Shown in pieces: positions 1 to 10,288 of a stretch of 64,000 nt of DNA (its first letter is position 1; the number at the start of each line of letters is the position of its first letter). The DNA is taken from the NCBI GenBank assembly GCA_963711565.1, contig CAVQEQ010000003.1:640001-704000 (forward strand). Reading direction: 5' to 3'. Below the pieces are notes generated by a model. The model saw nothing but the letters and a program-made list of their open reading frames with translations. It did not search any database and had not been told where the DNA came from. The position numbers were made by a program, and so were the translations under genes. The stretch is from an uncultured delta proteobacterium (GTDB lineage Bacteria; Desulfobacterota; Binatia; Binatales; Binataceae).

Positions 1-953
1 ACGACCTTGTAGCCCTTGGGCAGGATGCCCGAGGTGTTGAGGTCGTGGACCTTGGCCTCGACGCCCTTGAGCGTTTCCAGGGTGTTGCCGTACTTGCGCA
101 TCAGGACGATGCCGGTGACGACCTCGTTCTGATTGTCCTTGCCGACGATTCCGAGCCGGGGCGCGTAACCGACCTCAACGTCGGCGACGTTGGATACTTT
201 GATCGGGGTGGACTTGCTGGTGTTGAGCACGACGTTGCCGATGTCGTCGAGACTGCGGAAAAAACCGAGCCCGCGCACGTCGAACGCCTGTTCACCGACG
301 CTCATATAGTTGCCGCCGGAATTGGTGTTCGAGTTCTGCAGAGCCGCGATCAAGGTCGATAACGGAACCTGGTAGTAGTTCAGCTTTTGCGGATCGACTT
401 CGACCTGGTATTGCTTCGTCAATCCGCCGAAGCCCGAAACGTCCTCGACGCCCGGCACGGTCTTGATCTGCTTTTCAAGGATCCAATCCTCGACGGTCTT
501 CTCGTTGGTCAGATCGTGATCGGGACTCTCGACCGTGTAGCGGTAAATTTCTCCGATCGGATTGTCGGGCGAAATTCCCGGCGTCACACCCTGCGGCAAG
601 GTGATGAATGACAAGCGGTTAATAGTCTCGACGCGGTCCCAGTAGTAGTCGCTGTCCCACGAAAAATAGCAGCGAATATCCGACAGCCCGTACAGCGAAA
701 TCGAGCGCATCGCCTCGAGATCGCGCATCCCGGCCAGGCCGTATTCGGTCGGCACAGTGACCAGCTTTTCAACTTCTTCGGCGCTGAGGCCGTTGGGCAG
801 CGACAGGATTTCGATCAATGGCTGGACCGGATCTGGATACGCCTCGATATCGAGCTGCGAGAACGAATAGATTCCAGCCAGCAACAGCATCAGCGCGATG
901 CCGACAACGACTACTCGCTCGCGCAGTGCCAGCGCCATCAACGATCGAATCAT
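1..953 (-). CDS. CusA/CzcA-family heavy-metal efflux RND transporter (5' part; runs off the window)
   Basis: Not in the ORF track. Manual translation from ATG at 953: MIRSLMALALRERVVVVGIALMLLLAGIYSFSQLDIEAYPDPVQP...GLSAEEVEKLVTVPTE...RSISLYGLS...VPGVEDVSGFGG, a typical HME-RND N-terminus. Follows adaptor and TolC genes. Confidence 0.92.
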   Translation of the reverse strand, partial: MIRSLMALALRERVVVVGIALMLLLAGIYSFSQLDIEAYPDPVQPLIEILSLPNGLSAEEVEKLVTVPTEYGLAGMRDLEAMRSISLYGLSDIRCYFSWDSDYYWDRVETINRLSFITLPQGVTPGISPDNPIGEIYRYTVESPDHDLTNEKTVEDWILEKQIKTVPGVEDVSGFGGLTKQYQVEVDPQKLNYYQVPLSTLIAALQNSNTNSGGNYMSVGEQAFDVRGLGFFRSLDDIGNVVLNTSKSTPIKVSNVADVEVGYAPRLGIVGKDNQNEVVTGIVLMRKYGNTLETLKGVEAKVHDLNTSGILPKGYKV

Positions 954-988
954 CGACTAGCCAATAGTTCCGGTTGAGTTCTTCCGAC

Positions 989-2116
989 CTACGAACTTTC
1001 CCCGTGAGCCAGGTGCCAAAGCGCGTTCACCTGCAGGGTCTCGCCGGTGACCACGTGGTCGCCGGCTTTGAGTCCGGAAACGATGCGCGCGTAGCCGACT
1101 TTGCTCCACGACGCGATCGTGACCTTGCGATGCTCGAACATGCCGGCGCTGACCTCGACGAACGCATAGTAAGCGTCGATATCGAAGACGAGCGCGTCCT
1201 GCGGCACTACCAGCGCGTCGCCGGGGCGAGTGACGATACTCACCTTCGCGAGCATCTGAGGCTTGAGCTTGCCGTCGGGATTTTTCACTTCGCAGCGAAG
1301 TTGAAGCGTGTGCGTCGTTGGATCGACGTTCGGGCTGATGCGCGCGATCACGCCCTTGAACACTTCGTCGGGAAAAGCGGTGGTTACCGCCGACAGTTCC
1401 TGGCCGACGCGCACGCGCGCGAGGTCGTCCTCGTAAATGTCGCCGGTGATCCAAACGTCATTGAGCGTCCCGAGCGAAAACAGCACGTCGCCCGGATTGA
1501 CCGCGGCGCCGCGCTGCACCTTGTTGTCGACGACGGTGCCGCTGATCGGTGCGCGCATCCAGACGGTTGGGTCGGGCGCCTTGATGGCTCTGATGTCAGC
1601 ATCGCTCATCCCGAGAAACTGCAGTTTGCGTTTGGCCGCGATCAACAAACTGCCGGCAAAATCCGACGAAGCGCCGACACCCGGCGCAGAGATCAGCGTT
1701 GTGGACTCGCGCGCCTGGAGATACTCCGATTCCGCCGTCATGAAGTCGGGGCTGTAGAGCGCCAGGATTTTCTCGCCGCGCTGAACGTTGTCCCACAGGG
1801 AGACGCGGGTTTGCTCGATTCGCCCCGCGACGCGCGAAACGATCGTCGAGACGCTGCGGTCGTCGTAGGTGATCTGCCCGGAGGTCTCCAGGATGCCCGG
1901 CATCTCGATGTTCTGCACCTCCACGATCTTCAGACCGGGTACGTCCGCGGGATTGAATTGGATCAGTTCGACGCCCTGTTGATGAACCAGTTGCACCACT
2001 GGAGTCGCTTCGGGAACCGCCGCCGCGGGACCCTCCGAGTCGCTGTGGCATCCCGCGATTGAGATAGCCGCGGACAGCAGTGCGAGCGCGATAAGATTGA
2101 GATTGCGGCGGTTCAT
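989..2116 (-). CDS. RND efflux periplasmic adaptor (CusB/CzcB-like membrane fusion lipoprotein)
   Basis: Lipobox IAGC, motifs SRVAGRIE, LYSPDF, RAPISGTV and VPQDALV. Lies between the TolC and RND genes. Confidence 0.92.
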   Translation of the reverse strand: MNRRNLNLIALALLSAAISIAGCHSDSEGPAAAVPEATPVVQLVHQQGVELIQFNPADVPGLKIVEVQNIEMPGILETSGQITYDDRSVSTIVSRVAGRIEQTRVSLWDNVQRGEKILALYSPDFMTAESEYLQARESTTLISAPGVGASSDFAGSLLIAAKRKLQFLGMSDADIRAIKAPDPTVWMRAPISGTVVDNKVQRGAAVNPGDVLFSLGTLNDVWITGDIYEDDLARVRVGQELSAVTTAFPDEVFKGVIARISPNVDPTTHTLQLRCEVKNPDGKLKPQMLAKVSIVTRPGDALVVPQDALVFDIDAYYAFVEVSAGMFEHRKVTIASWSKVGYARIVSGLKAGDHVVTGETLQVNALWHLAHGESS

Positions 2117-3390
2117 TGATGCAACGGCGCTCCGATAGCCTGCTCGAGCGAGACTTCACCGGCCAGAAATTGATTCGCCGCCTGCAGGTAGCTCACCCGC
2201 GCAGCGTATTCGCTCTGCAGCACGGTCGAGAGCGTGACGAAATCGATTTTACCCGACTGATAGGCCGTCAGCGCGACTCGGAAATTCTGCCGTGCCAGCG
2301 GAATCAGCGAATCGCGATAGAGGATCGCGGTTTCGTAGGCGTACTGCGCGCTGCGGTACAACGTAGCGATCGCCGCCGCGGTCTGGATTCTGATCAGATC
2401 CTGGTTCGAGCGCGCTGCAGCCAGGCTGGCCTTCGCTCGCGCCACATCCTCATTCTGATGGAGCCAGAAGAAGATCGGCACATTGAAGCCAATCGAGCTA
2501 ACCCAGTAGTTGAATTTATTAGGTTGAGGCCCGGCGCTGCTCAGAGTGTATTGATCGTTGCCGATGCCGGCGGTGAAATCGGGCAGGTATTCCATCTTCG
2601 CGAGAAAGAGCGCGGTATTCGCGTTGCGCTCCGCAAGCGCCGCTTCGAGGATTTCCTGCCGGACAGCGTAGGCCCGATCTGTAAGCGCGTCGAGCGGGTA
2701 GCTGAGGGCTTCGAGATTAAGAGTTCGATCGACCGACAATGGCTCGCCGACCGGTCGATCGAGTTGCAGATTCAGCGCGGTTTCATCATTTTGAACCGCA
2801 GTCAGGTACTGGCGCTGGAGCTGGCGCGCCGCCGCGAGGTTGAACTCCGCACTGATCACGTCGGTCTGCTGCGCCGCCGAGCCCGAGTAAGCGGTCTCGG
2901 TGACTCTGACCACCTGGTCGAGGTTCTGGACGTTCTCGGCGTTGACGTCAGTCAGTGCCTGGTCGAGCACCAACTGAAAATAACCGGTCTCGGTCGCGGC
3001 ACGGACGTCGCGCACCGTCGCTGCGAGCATCAGATGTGCAATCTCGGCGGAATGCACCGCCTGGTCGCGCTGATAGAGCGCCTTGCCCGGAAACTGAAAG
3101 GATTCGGTCAGGCTGAATGTGCGCAAATCCGGGCGACCGAACGGGTTACTGACGCTGTCGGTATTCGCATAGCCGAGAATTGGATCGTTAGGCGCAACGG
3201 TCTGCTTGATCGAATGGAGCGCGGCGTCCCAATTGTAGCTGGCGGTCTTGACCTGCGGATTCGCCTCGATTGCGATTTCGACGAGCTGAGATTCAGAAAG
3301 GAGGGCGTCGGCCGCACGCGCCTGCGACGCGACAAAGCCCAACGTCGCGATCGCAAGCATCAGAGCACCGCCAGTCTTCATCGTTAACAC
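2113..3390 (-). CDS. TolC/CzcC-family outer membrane efflux protein
   Basis: Signal peptide, AIEANPQV, YLPDFT, YQSGKIDF and LEQAIG motifs. Stop overlaps the next start. GTG start with GGAG upstream (ATG at 3381 is an alternative). Confidence 0.9.
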   Translation of the reverse strand: MLTMKTGGALMLAIATLGFVASQARAADALLSESQLVEIAIEANPQVKTASYNWDAALHSIKQTVAPNDPILGYANTDSVSNPFGRPDLRTFSLTESFQFPGKALYQRDQAVHSAEIAHLMLAATVRDVRAATETGYFQLVLDQALTDVNAENVQNLDQVVRVTETAYSGSAAQQTDVISAEFNLAAARQLQRQYLTAVQNDETALNLQLDRPVGEPLSVDRTLNLEALSYPLDALTDRAYAVRQEILEAALAERNANTALFLAKMEYLPDFTAGIGNDQYTLSSAGPQPNKFNYWVSSIGFNVPIFFWLHQNEDVARAKASLAAARSNQDLIRIQTAAAIATLYRSAQYAYETAILYRDSLIPLARQNFRVALTAYQSGKIDFVTLSTVLQSEYAARVSYLQAANQFLAGEVSLEQAIGAPLHQ

Positions 3391-3604
3391 CCGAACTCCA
3401 CGCCGCCCATGGCAAATACGTCGCCGGCTCGAAAAGGTTCCATCATTCGTGACCCAAATCGGTTACATGAGGCGCGCCGTGTCCGCAATCGACACTAGAT
3501 TAAACCGGTTAGAATTAACCACCGAAAGCGCTCCGCGATAGTCGCGTTGCAAATCGCAGGAGCCTTGTGGCCGTTCAATCCGGCTGATATTTGTTATCGA
3601 ACAA

Positions 3605-3641
3605 TACCCTCTGGGGTACCGTATTATACCTACCAGGGTAT
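3605..3641. promoter_or_regulatory. Two tandem CsoR/RcnR-type operator boxes
   Basis: TACCC-TCTG-GGGTA (3605-3618) and TACCT-ACCA-GGGTA (3627-3640), 22 bp apart, just upstream of the RcnR-like gene. Confidence 0.75.
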
Positions 3642-3669
3642 CCTATAACGAAGGCCGGGAACACCGTCA

Positions 3670-3948
3670 ATGGCTCATACGATCAGAGACAAGAAAAAAC
3701 TCATCAACCGCGTCCGCCGCATCCGCGGCCAGCTCGACGCCGCCGAGAGCGCGTTCGAGCGCGAACTCGATTGCACCGACATCATGCATACCCTCGCCGC
3801 GAGCAGAGGCGCTCTCGACAGCCTCATGGCGGAAGTGATGGAGGGACACATCAAGCTTCACCTTGTCGATCCCGACGACCATCCGACCTCATCTCAGGCG
3901 AAGGCGGCGCAGGATCTGATTGATGTGATCAAAACCTATCTGACGTAA
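3670..3948 (+). CDS. rcnR: CsoR/RcnR/FrmR-family metal-sensing repressor, RcnR-like (Ni/Co)
   Basis: MAHTIRDKKKL N-terminus resembles RcnR. His3, Cys35, His60 and His64 ligand fingerprint is present. Confidence 0.85.
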   Translation: MAHTIRDKKKLINRVRRIRGQLDAAESAFERELDCTDIMHTLAASRGALDSLMAEVMEGHIKLHLVDPDDHPTSSQAKAAQDLIDVIKTYLT

Positions 3949-3967
3949 CGAAAAAGTATGGGCTGGA

Positions 3968-4516
3968 TCAGTTGCCGGCGACCTTGGCTTTTGCACTAGC
4001 AGCTTGCAGCGATCGGAGGTACATCACGATCTGCCAGCGCTGCTCGGGCGGCATTTCTTCGGCGTAGGAGGGCATCGACAGAATGCCGTCGCGAATCGCG
4101 CCGTAGATGTAGCCGTCGGGAAGATCCTTGCTCGTACCGGCCACCAGATCTTTCGGCGGCTTCGCCAGGAGATGCGCGACCGGGCCGTTGCCCTGCCCCG
4201 ACTCTCCATGACACGGCGCGCAGTAGGTATTGAACTGCTGTTTACCGTTGGTGAGATTTTCGGGCGTCGGCTGTAAAGGGTTGTGCATCTTGATCGTCGC
4301 CTGCTCGAGGCTCATCGGCGGCTCTCCGCCATGAACTGGGATTGTGTCTGCCGGAGTCACGCGCGGCGCCTCTGCGTAGGGCTGAACCTCCGGCCCGCGG
4401 TACATGTCGATACTCCACGGGAAGCAACCAGCCGGCGTCGGCAACGTCGCGACCGCAATCGCAACCGCGATCATAAATCCCCCGACGCGAATCGTCCTCG
4501 CAAGCGGACCAATCAC
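3968..4516 (-). CDS. Monoheme c-type cytochrome (ActE-like)
   Basis: Signal peptide, CAPCH heme motif, distal MPSY, and an N-terminal DMY..P..PY segment reminiscent of alternative complex III ActE. Confidence 0.85.
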   Translation of the reverse strand: MIGPLARTIRVGGFMIAVAIAVATLPTPAGCFPWSIDMYRGPEVQPYAEAPRVTPADTIPVHGGEPPMSLEQATIKMHNPLQPTPENLTNGKQQFNTYCAPCHGESGQGNGPVAHLLAKPPKDLVAGTSKDLPDGYIYGAIRDGILSMPSYAEEMPPEQRWQIVMYLRSLQAASAKAKVAGN

Positions 4517-4537
4517 GCTACTGAAAATCTCCCCTAT

Positions 4538-4999
4538 CTACTTCTTGACGACAATCACCCCGACCATACCTGCCTTCTCATGCGGAAGGCAAAAGTAGCG
4601 ATAGGTGCCCGGCACGGTAAAAGTGTAACTATAGTCGCCGCCGGGCGGGATGAAGCCTGAATCAAACGCCACCGCGCCCTTCGGCATCGAGGTGTCCCCG
4701 GGGTTCTGCGCGTTGACGGCACTAGTCGAGACCGAGTGTACCGTCTCGCCGCCGTTGACCCACTGAACGGTATCGCCAACTTTGATCGCGACATTTTCGG
4801 GCGTGTAGAACGGCTTCGTATCGGCCATCTTGATCACGATTGGAGTGCCAGCCGCTCTGGCGGGATCCGGCAGCAGCGCGAGCGCGGCGGCGATCGCGGC
4901 GGCTACGGCGACGATTACGACGCGAAGAAGAATTCGCGACCGCGGCTTGAGTGAAGCGGCGGCGGCGATGCGGAGATCGATCGTGGAACTGGCCATCAC
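4538..4999 (-). CDS. Plastocyanin/azurin-family cupredoxin
   Basis: GDTVQWVN....HSV and YRYFCLPHEKAGM type-1 copper ligands (His, Cys, His, Met). N-terminal export signal. Confidence 0.92.
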   Translation of the reverse strand: MMASSTIDLRIAAAASLKPRSRILLRVVIVAVAAAIAAALALLPDPARAAGTPIVIKMADTKPFYTPENVAIKVGDTVQWVNGGETVHSVSTSAVNAQNPGDTSMPKGAVAFDSGFIPPGGDYSYTFTVPGTYRYFCLPHEKAGMVGVIVVKK

Positions 5000-5199
5000 T
5001 CATCCTCTAATGCCGGAGGTAACTTCCGGGTACTCATGTATTCCTCGCTCGCCGTGCCGCTCAGCTTTGACATTAGTCAGCCTGATTGAGCGATCAGACG
5101 AGCATCACACTATCTAAAGTGTAACGCTTATTTTGAGCTATGCAAGACTGTCGGGCTGGTTAGTTCGGATATCGCGAAATCTACAGTAATAACAGGTGT

Positions 5200-7812
5200 T
5201 TAGGCTGCGTTTGCGAGCGGCTGGCTGGAGAATTCCAGGCCCCGCGCACCCGCATCTACCTTGACCCGTGAATTGTCGCGGATCTCCCCCGACAGCAACT
5301 TTCGCCCCAGCGCCGTCTCGAGTTCGCGCTGGATAAGTCGCTTCAGCGGACGCGCGCCGTACGACGGATCGTAGCCATTCTCGGCCAGGTAGTCGCGCGC
5401 CTTGTCGGTCAACTCGAGCTCAATCTTGCGTTCCTCGAGGCGCTGGCGCAGGCGGACCAACTGGACGTCAACAATCTTGCGCAACTCGTCGCGGGTCAGC
5501 GGATGGAACACGACGACCTCGTCAACGCGGTTGAGGAACTCGGGCCTGAAACTCTGCCGCAACACCTCGAGCGCCTGCGCTTTCATCTTCTCGTAGTCCT
5601 GTCCCTTGAAGCCGAGAATAATCTGGCTCGCGATATTCAACGTCATGATCACGACCGTGTTGCGGAAATCCACCGTGCGTCCGTGGCCGTCGGTAAGGCG
5701 CCCGTCGTCGAGCAGTTGCAGCAGGACGTTGAATACATCGGCGTGCGCTTTTTCGATCTCGTCGAACAGGATCACCGAGTACGGACGGCGGCGCACGGCC
5801 TCGGTGAGCTGCCCGCCCTCGTCGAAGCCGACGTAGCCCGGCGGCGCGCCGACCAGCCGCGAGACAGTGTGCTTCTCCATATACTCGGACATGTCGATTC
5901 GGATCATCGCGGCTTCGCTGTCGAACAGGAACTCGGCCAGTGCGCGCGCGAGTTCGGTCTTGCCGACGCCGGTGGGGCCGAGAAAAATAAATGATCCGAT
6001 CGGGCGGTTGGGATCCTTGAGTCCAGAGCGGGCGCGAATCACGGCGTCGGCAACGGCGGTGACCGCTTCGTCCTGCCCGATGACGCGCTTGTGCAGATGC
6101 TCCTCAAGATGTGCGAGTTTCTGCACCTCGCCTTCGAGCAATCGCGAGACCGGAATCCCGGTCCATCGCGCGACGACTTCGGCGATATCGTCCTCGTCAA
6201 CTTCTTCCTTGAGCAATCGCTTGCCGCCGGAGTTCTTCTCGATCAGTTTCTGTTCTTCCGCGGCCAGCTCTTTCTCCAGCGACGGGAGTTTGCCGCGCTG
6301 CAACTCGGCGAGCTTTCCGAGATCGTAATCGCGCTGAGCTTTTTCGATCGCGAGCCTGGTTTGTTCGATCTCGGCCTTGATCTTCGCCAGCTTCTCAATT
6401 CCGCCGGTTTCAGTTTCCCACTGCGCCTGAAGGCCCGCGCGCTTTTCCTTGACCTCGGCGAGTTCCTTCTCGAGTTTCTGCAGCCGATCGCGCGACGCCT
6501 GATCGGTTTCGCGCTTGAGCGCCTCGCGCTCGATCTCCAACTGCATCACGCGCCGATTCACCTCGTCGATCTCGACCGGCATCGACTCCTTCTCGGTGCG
6601 CAGCTTGGCCGCCGCTTCATCGACCAAGTCGATCGCCTTGTCGGGCAGGAACCGATCAGTGATGTAGCGTTTTGAGAGCACCGCGGCCGTCACCAGCGCG
6701 GCGTCCTTGATTCGAATCCCGTGATGAACCTCGTAGCGTTCCTTGAGACCGCGCAGAATCGAGATAGTGTCCTCGACGCTGGGCTCCTCGACCATCACGG
6801 GCTGGAAGCGACGCTCGAGCGCGGCGTCTTTCTCGATATATTTTCGATACTCGTCGAGCGTGGTCGCGCCGATGCAATGCAGTTCGCCGCGCGCCAGCAT
6901 CGGCTTGAGCAGGTTCGATGCATCCATCGCGCCTTCAGCCGCGCCCGCGCCGACGACGGTATGCAGCTCGTCGATGAAGAGAATTATTTCGCCGGCGGCT
7001 TCCTGCACTTCCTTCAGCACGGCCTTGAGCCGTTCCTCGAACTCGCCGCGGAACTTGGCGCCGGCGATCAGCGCGCCCATGTCGAGCGCGACCAACTTGC
7101 GATTTTTCAGACTGTCAGGCACATCGCCGGCGACGATTCGCCGCGCGAGACCTTCGACGATCGCGGTCTTGCCGACGCCCGGCTCCCCGATCAGCACGGG
7201 ATTGTTCTTGGTGCGGCGCGAGAGCACCTGGATAGTGCGCCGAATTTCCTCGTCGCGTCCGATGACCGGATCAATTTTGCCGGCCGAGGCGAGCTTGGTC
7301 AGGTCGCGACCGTATTTTTCCAGCGACTGGTAGGTTGCCTCCGGATTCGACGACGTAACGCGCTGGTTGCCGCGGACTTTCTTCAGCACCGCCATCAGCT
7401 TGTCGTGCGTCAACCCGGCTTCGCGCAGAATTTTCGACGCGGCGCCGGGCTCATCGAGCATCGCGATCAACGCGTGCTCGACCGAAACGTACTCGTCCTT
7501 GAGCTTGCCCGCCTCCTGCTCCGCGCGCGCGAGCACGCGACCCAGGCGCTGCGCGGCGTAGATCTGTCCGCTGTCGGCGCCGCCGCCGGTTACGCGCGGG
7601 ATTTTGGCGAGTTCAGCATCGAGCTTGCGGCTCACTTCGTCGCGATCTACGCCCGTGAGCTTCAGGATCGACGACGCCAGGCCTTCGTTGTCCTCGAGCA
7701 GCGACGCCAGCAGATGCTCAACGTCAACGGCCTGGTTATGCGCGCTGAGTGCCGCGTTCTGCGCGCGCCCGAGCGCCTCCTGAAGTTTCTCGGTGAATCG
7801 ATTGGCGTTCAT
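5200..7812 (-). CDS. clpB: ATP-dependent chaperone ClpB
   Basis: Two AAA+ modules ([16 protein letters not shown]), a coiled-coil middle domain and GARPLKR. Confidence 0.98.
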   Translation of the reverse strand: MNANRFTEKLQEALGRAQNAALSAHNQAVDVEHLLASLLEDNEGLASSILKLTGVDRDEVSRKLDAELAKIPRVTGGGADSGQIYAAQRLGRVLARAEQEAGKLKDEYVSVEHALIAMLDEPGAASKILREAGLTHDKLMAVLKKVRGNQRVTSSNPEATYQSLEKYGRDLTKLASAGKIDPVIGRDEEIRRTIQVLSRRTKNNPVLIGEPGVGKTAIVEGLARRIVAGDVPDSLKNRKLVALDMGALIAGAKFRGEFEERLKAVLKEVQEAAGEIILFIDELHTVVGAGAAEGAMDASNLLKPMLARGELHCIGATTLDEYRKYIEKDAALERRFQPVMVEEPSVEDTISILRGLKERYEVHHGIRIKDAALVTAAVLSKRYITDRFLPDKAIDLVDEAAAKLRTEKESMPVEIDEVNRRVMQLEIEREALKRETDQASRDRLQKLEKELAEVKEKRAGLQAQWETETGGIEKLAKIKAEIEQTRLAIEKAQRDYDLGKLAELQRGKLPSLEKELAAEEQKLIEKNSGGKRLLKEEVDEDDIAEVVARWTGIPVSRLLEGEVQKLAHLEEHLHKRVIGQDEAVTAVADAVIRARSGLKDPNRPIGSFIFLGPTGVGKTELARALAEFLFDSEAAMIRIDMSEYMEKHTVSRLVGAPPGYVGFDEGGQLTEAVRRRPYSVILFDEIEKAHADVFNVLLQLLDDGRLTDGHGRTVDFRNTVVIMTLNIASQIILGFKGQDYEKMKAQALEVLRQSFRPEFLNRVDEVVVFHPLTRDELRKIVDVQLVRLRQRLEERKIELELTDKARDYLAENGYDPSYGARPLKRLIQRELETALGRKLLSGEIRDNSRVKVDAGARGLEFSSQPLANAA

Positions 7813-7952
7813 GCGATCTTCGCTTTTCCTTTTTGACTAAGCTAACCACTTTTCAGCCGAGGGCAAATCGAAATCCACGCAGTCAAGGCTGCGCCCGGCT
7901 GCGAGAATCACAGTCGGGCGCAGATATGTCTCTCGATAGCTGAGAAGCCGGG

Positions 7953-8783
7953 CTAGATATTCACAATCGGCGTCACTGGCGGGCGCACCGCGCGGCGATC
8001 CGTTCGCACGCGTCGCGTGGCCGCGGGCGTCGGCTCGAACGCCGGATGCAGACCGGGTTCGCGCGGAGCGGCGGCGGCACTGGCGTGGGACGGCTTCTGA
8101 GCCGCGAGCAGAATGTGGCGCCGGCCCTCGCGAATCAACACGCCGCGCTCGGTCATCTCGGTAAGCAGCTTGCTGACCATCGGGCGCGAACTGCCGATCA
8201 TCTCCGCGAGTTCTTCCTGCGCCAGCTCAGGCAGGAGCAGAGTTCCCCGCGAATCGGGCACGCCGAAGCGTTCCGCCAATTCGCCGAGAACCACCTCGAG
8301 CCGCTTGCGCAGCGACATTCCCAGAAACGTCGCATAACGGTAAACGACCAACGACCACATCGAATTCATCGCTTCCGTAATCCGAAGCAGCGCTTCCGGC
8401 TCGAGACCTTTGAGCACTTCGGCAATCTGATGCCGCGTGAACAGCGCAACGCAGGTGTTGGTCAGCGCGGTCGCCTCGAACAGCTGGGAACGACCGCCGT
8501 CCGCCTCGGCGAAGTCGGCATAGCCGACCAGGTCGCCCGGCCCGGCAATCTCGACCAGCACGGGGTCGCTGCCGGCCCGCGAGCTGTGAACCTTGACCAG
8601 GCCGGTGAGCACGGCGAAGACAACGTCGGCGGGCGAGCCCCTCGTAAACAGCTCCGCGCCCTTTGGGTAGCGCACGAGCATGTGGCGCTCGAGCAGCGCC
8701 GTCGCCGCGGGGCGTGGCAGCCCCATCGATGAGAGCTTGGTAAGCAGCCTTTCCTGAGCCTGCGTCGAAACCTGAAGATTCAT
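7953..8783 (-). CDS. Crp/Fnr-family transcriptional regulator
   Basis: cNMP-binding-like N-domain (GLVKV, GPGDLVG) and HTH QEELAEMIGSSRPMVSKLL. Confidence 0.9.
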   Translation of the reverse strand: MNLQVSTQAQERLLTKLSSMGLPRPAATALLERHMLVRYPKGAELFTRGSPADVVFAVLTGLVKVHSSRAGSDPVLVEIAGPGDLVGYADFAEADGGRSQLFEATALTNTCVALFTRHQIAEVLKGLEPEALLRITEAMNSMWSLVVYRYATFLGMSLRKRLEVVLGELAERFGVPDSRGTLLLPELAQEELAEMIGSSRPMVSKLLTEMTERGVLIREGRRHILLAAQKPSHASAAAAPREPGLHPAFEPTPAATRRVRTDRRAVRPPVTPIVNI

Positions 8784-8841
8784 AGAGTATCTCCCCGCGG
8801 CTGCACCATATGACGGCCGGTGTGTAATTAAACCCTACAAA

Positions 8842-8870
8842 AAGTTAGTCTAGCCGCGCGGCTAGGTCAA
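8842..8870 (-). promoter_or_regulatory. Putative sigma70 promoter of the Crp/Fnr gene
   Basis: TTGACC-N17-TAACTT on the minus strand. A perfect 16-bp palindrome occupies the spacer. Confidence 0.5.
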
Positions 8871-8910
8871 GTGCGGACGAAATGCCGTAAAAAATTATCG
8901 CCCGGCGCGC

Positions 8911-10260
8911 TCAAGCGCCGGCGATCGTCATCTCGGCTATCTTGATTGTCGGCGCGGCCGTGGACGAGCGCCAGTTGAGATCGTTGCCGATCATTTCGAC
9001 ACCGGCGATCATGTCCTTCAGGTTGCCCGCGATGGTGATTTCGTTCACCGGATACGCGAGCTCGCCGTTCTCGATCCAGATTCCGCCCGCGCCGCGCGAA
9101 TAGTCCCCGGTGACCATGTTCACGCCGAACCCTATCGTCTCGGTCAGGTACAGCCCCTGCTTCACCGAGCCGATTAGCTGCGCGGGCGTGTAGCTGCCGG
9201 GCTCGAGGTAGAGATTGGTGGTCGAGACGCTGGGAGCATCGCCAACAGAACGCGCGGCATTGCCGGTGGGAGCGAGGCCCAGCTTGCGCGCCGAATAGCA
9301 GTCGAGCAGGTAGGTCGCGAGCACGCCCTTGTCGATCACGCTCTTGCGGGAGGTCGGCAGACCCTCGCCGTCAAAAGGTTTGGAGCCGAGTCCGCCGGCA
9401 ATCAGTGCGTCATCGACGATCGTGACGCCGGAGGCGCTAATCGTTTTGCCCAACTGCCCGACCAGGAATGACGCGCCCTTATACAACGCAGGGCCCGAGG
9501 CGGCGCCGACGATCGATCGAATCAGGCCCGCGGCCATGTCGGGATCGAAAACAACCGGCGCGTGCGTCGTTTTGATCTTGCGCGCACCGAGCCGGCGCAA
9601 TGCGCGCTTGGCGGAGGTCACTCCGACCGACTCCGCATCTTCGAGTTTTCCGAAGCGGCGATTCGACGTGTACCAATATCCCTGCTGCATCGAGTCGCCA
9701 TCCTGCGCGATCGGTGCGACCAGGAGGCTGTACGAGGTGCCGGAATACTCGCCTGAGAAACCCTGGCTGTTGGCGAACAGGACCTGGTAGCGCCCGGAGC
9801 TGAATTCCGCGCCGCCGGAGTTCTTGATGCGCGGATCGAATTTCAGCGCCGCGTTCTCGCCGGTGCGCGCAATCTCGAGCGCGCGATCCGCATTTACGAT
9901 TCCGCTGTCGGGATCCGCCAGTGAAAGCTCGGGCAGCGACTTCGGATGCAGCGCCGGGTCGGGCAATCCCGCCCACGGATCGGCGGCCGACAGGCGCGCA
10001 AGCTCGACGGTGTTCGCGATGAAAGCGCCGAGCGAATCGCGCTCGATCTCGGCCGTCGATGAGGTCGCCGACGACTGTCCGCAAAACACGCGCAGTCCGA
10101 GGCGCCGCTCGCGCGAGCTCTTGAGTTTCTCGACTTCGCCCATGCGCACGCCGGCCATCAGATACTCCGCAGTGACGCACAGAATTTCCGCCGCGCTGGC
10201 GCCCTTGCGCCGGGCCTCGTCGAGCGCCCAATTGGCCAGTTCAATATCAACGGTCGCCAT
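8911..10260 (-). CDS. pmbA: TldE/PmbA-family protein
   Basis: PFDGEG and VNMVTGDYSRGA...VNEITIAGNL motifs. Adjacent to tldD. Confidence 0.93.
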   Translation of the reverse strand: MATVDIELANWALDEARRKGASAAEILCVTAEYLMAGVRMGEVEKLKSSRERRLGLRVFCGQSSATSSTAEIERDSLGAFIANTVELARLSAADPWAGLPDPALHPKSLPELSLADPDSGIVNADRALEIARTGENAALKFDPRIKNSGGAEFSSGRYQVLFANSQGFSGEYSGTSYSLLVAPIAQDGDSMQQGYWYTSNRRFGKLEDAESVGVTSAKRALRRLGARKIKTTHAPVVFDPDMAAGLIRSIVGAASGPALYKGASFLVGQLGKTISASGVTIVDDALIAGGLGSKPFDGEGLPTSRKSVIDKGVLATYLLDCYSARKLGLAPTGNAARSVGDAPSVSTTNLYLEPGSYTPAQLIGSVKQGLYLTETIGFGVNMVTGDYSRGAGGIWIENGELAYPVNEITIAGNLKDMIAGVEMIGNDLNWRSSTAAPTIKIAEMTIAGA

Positions 10261-10288
10261 CAGATTGTTCTCACTGTGAATTCGATTT

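Noticed and set aside
7813-7950. CIRCE or other heat-shock operator upstream of clpB
   Set aside because: No TTAGCACTC-N9-GAGTGCTAA or other convincing inverted repeat was seen.
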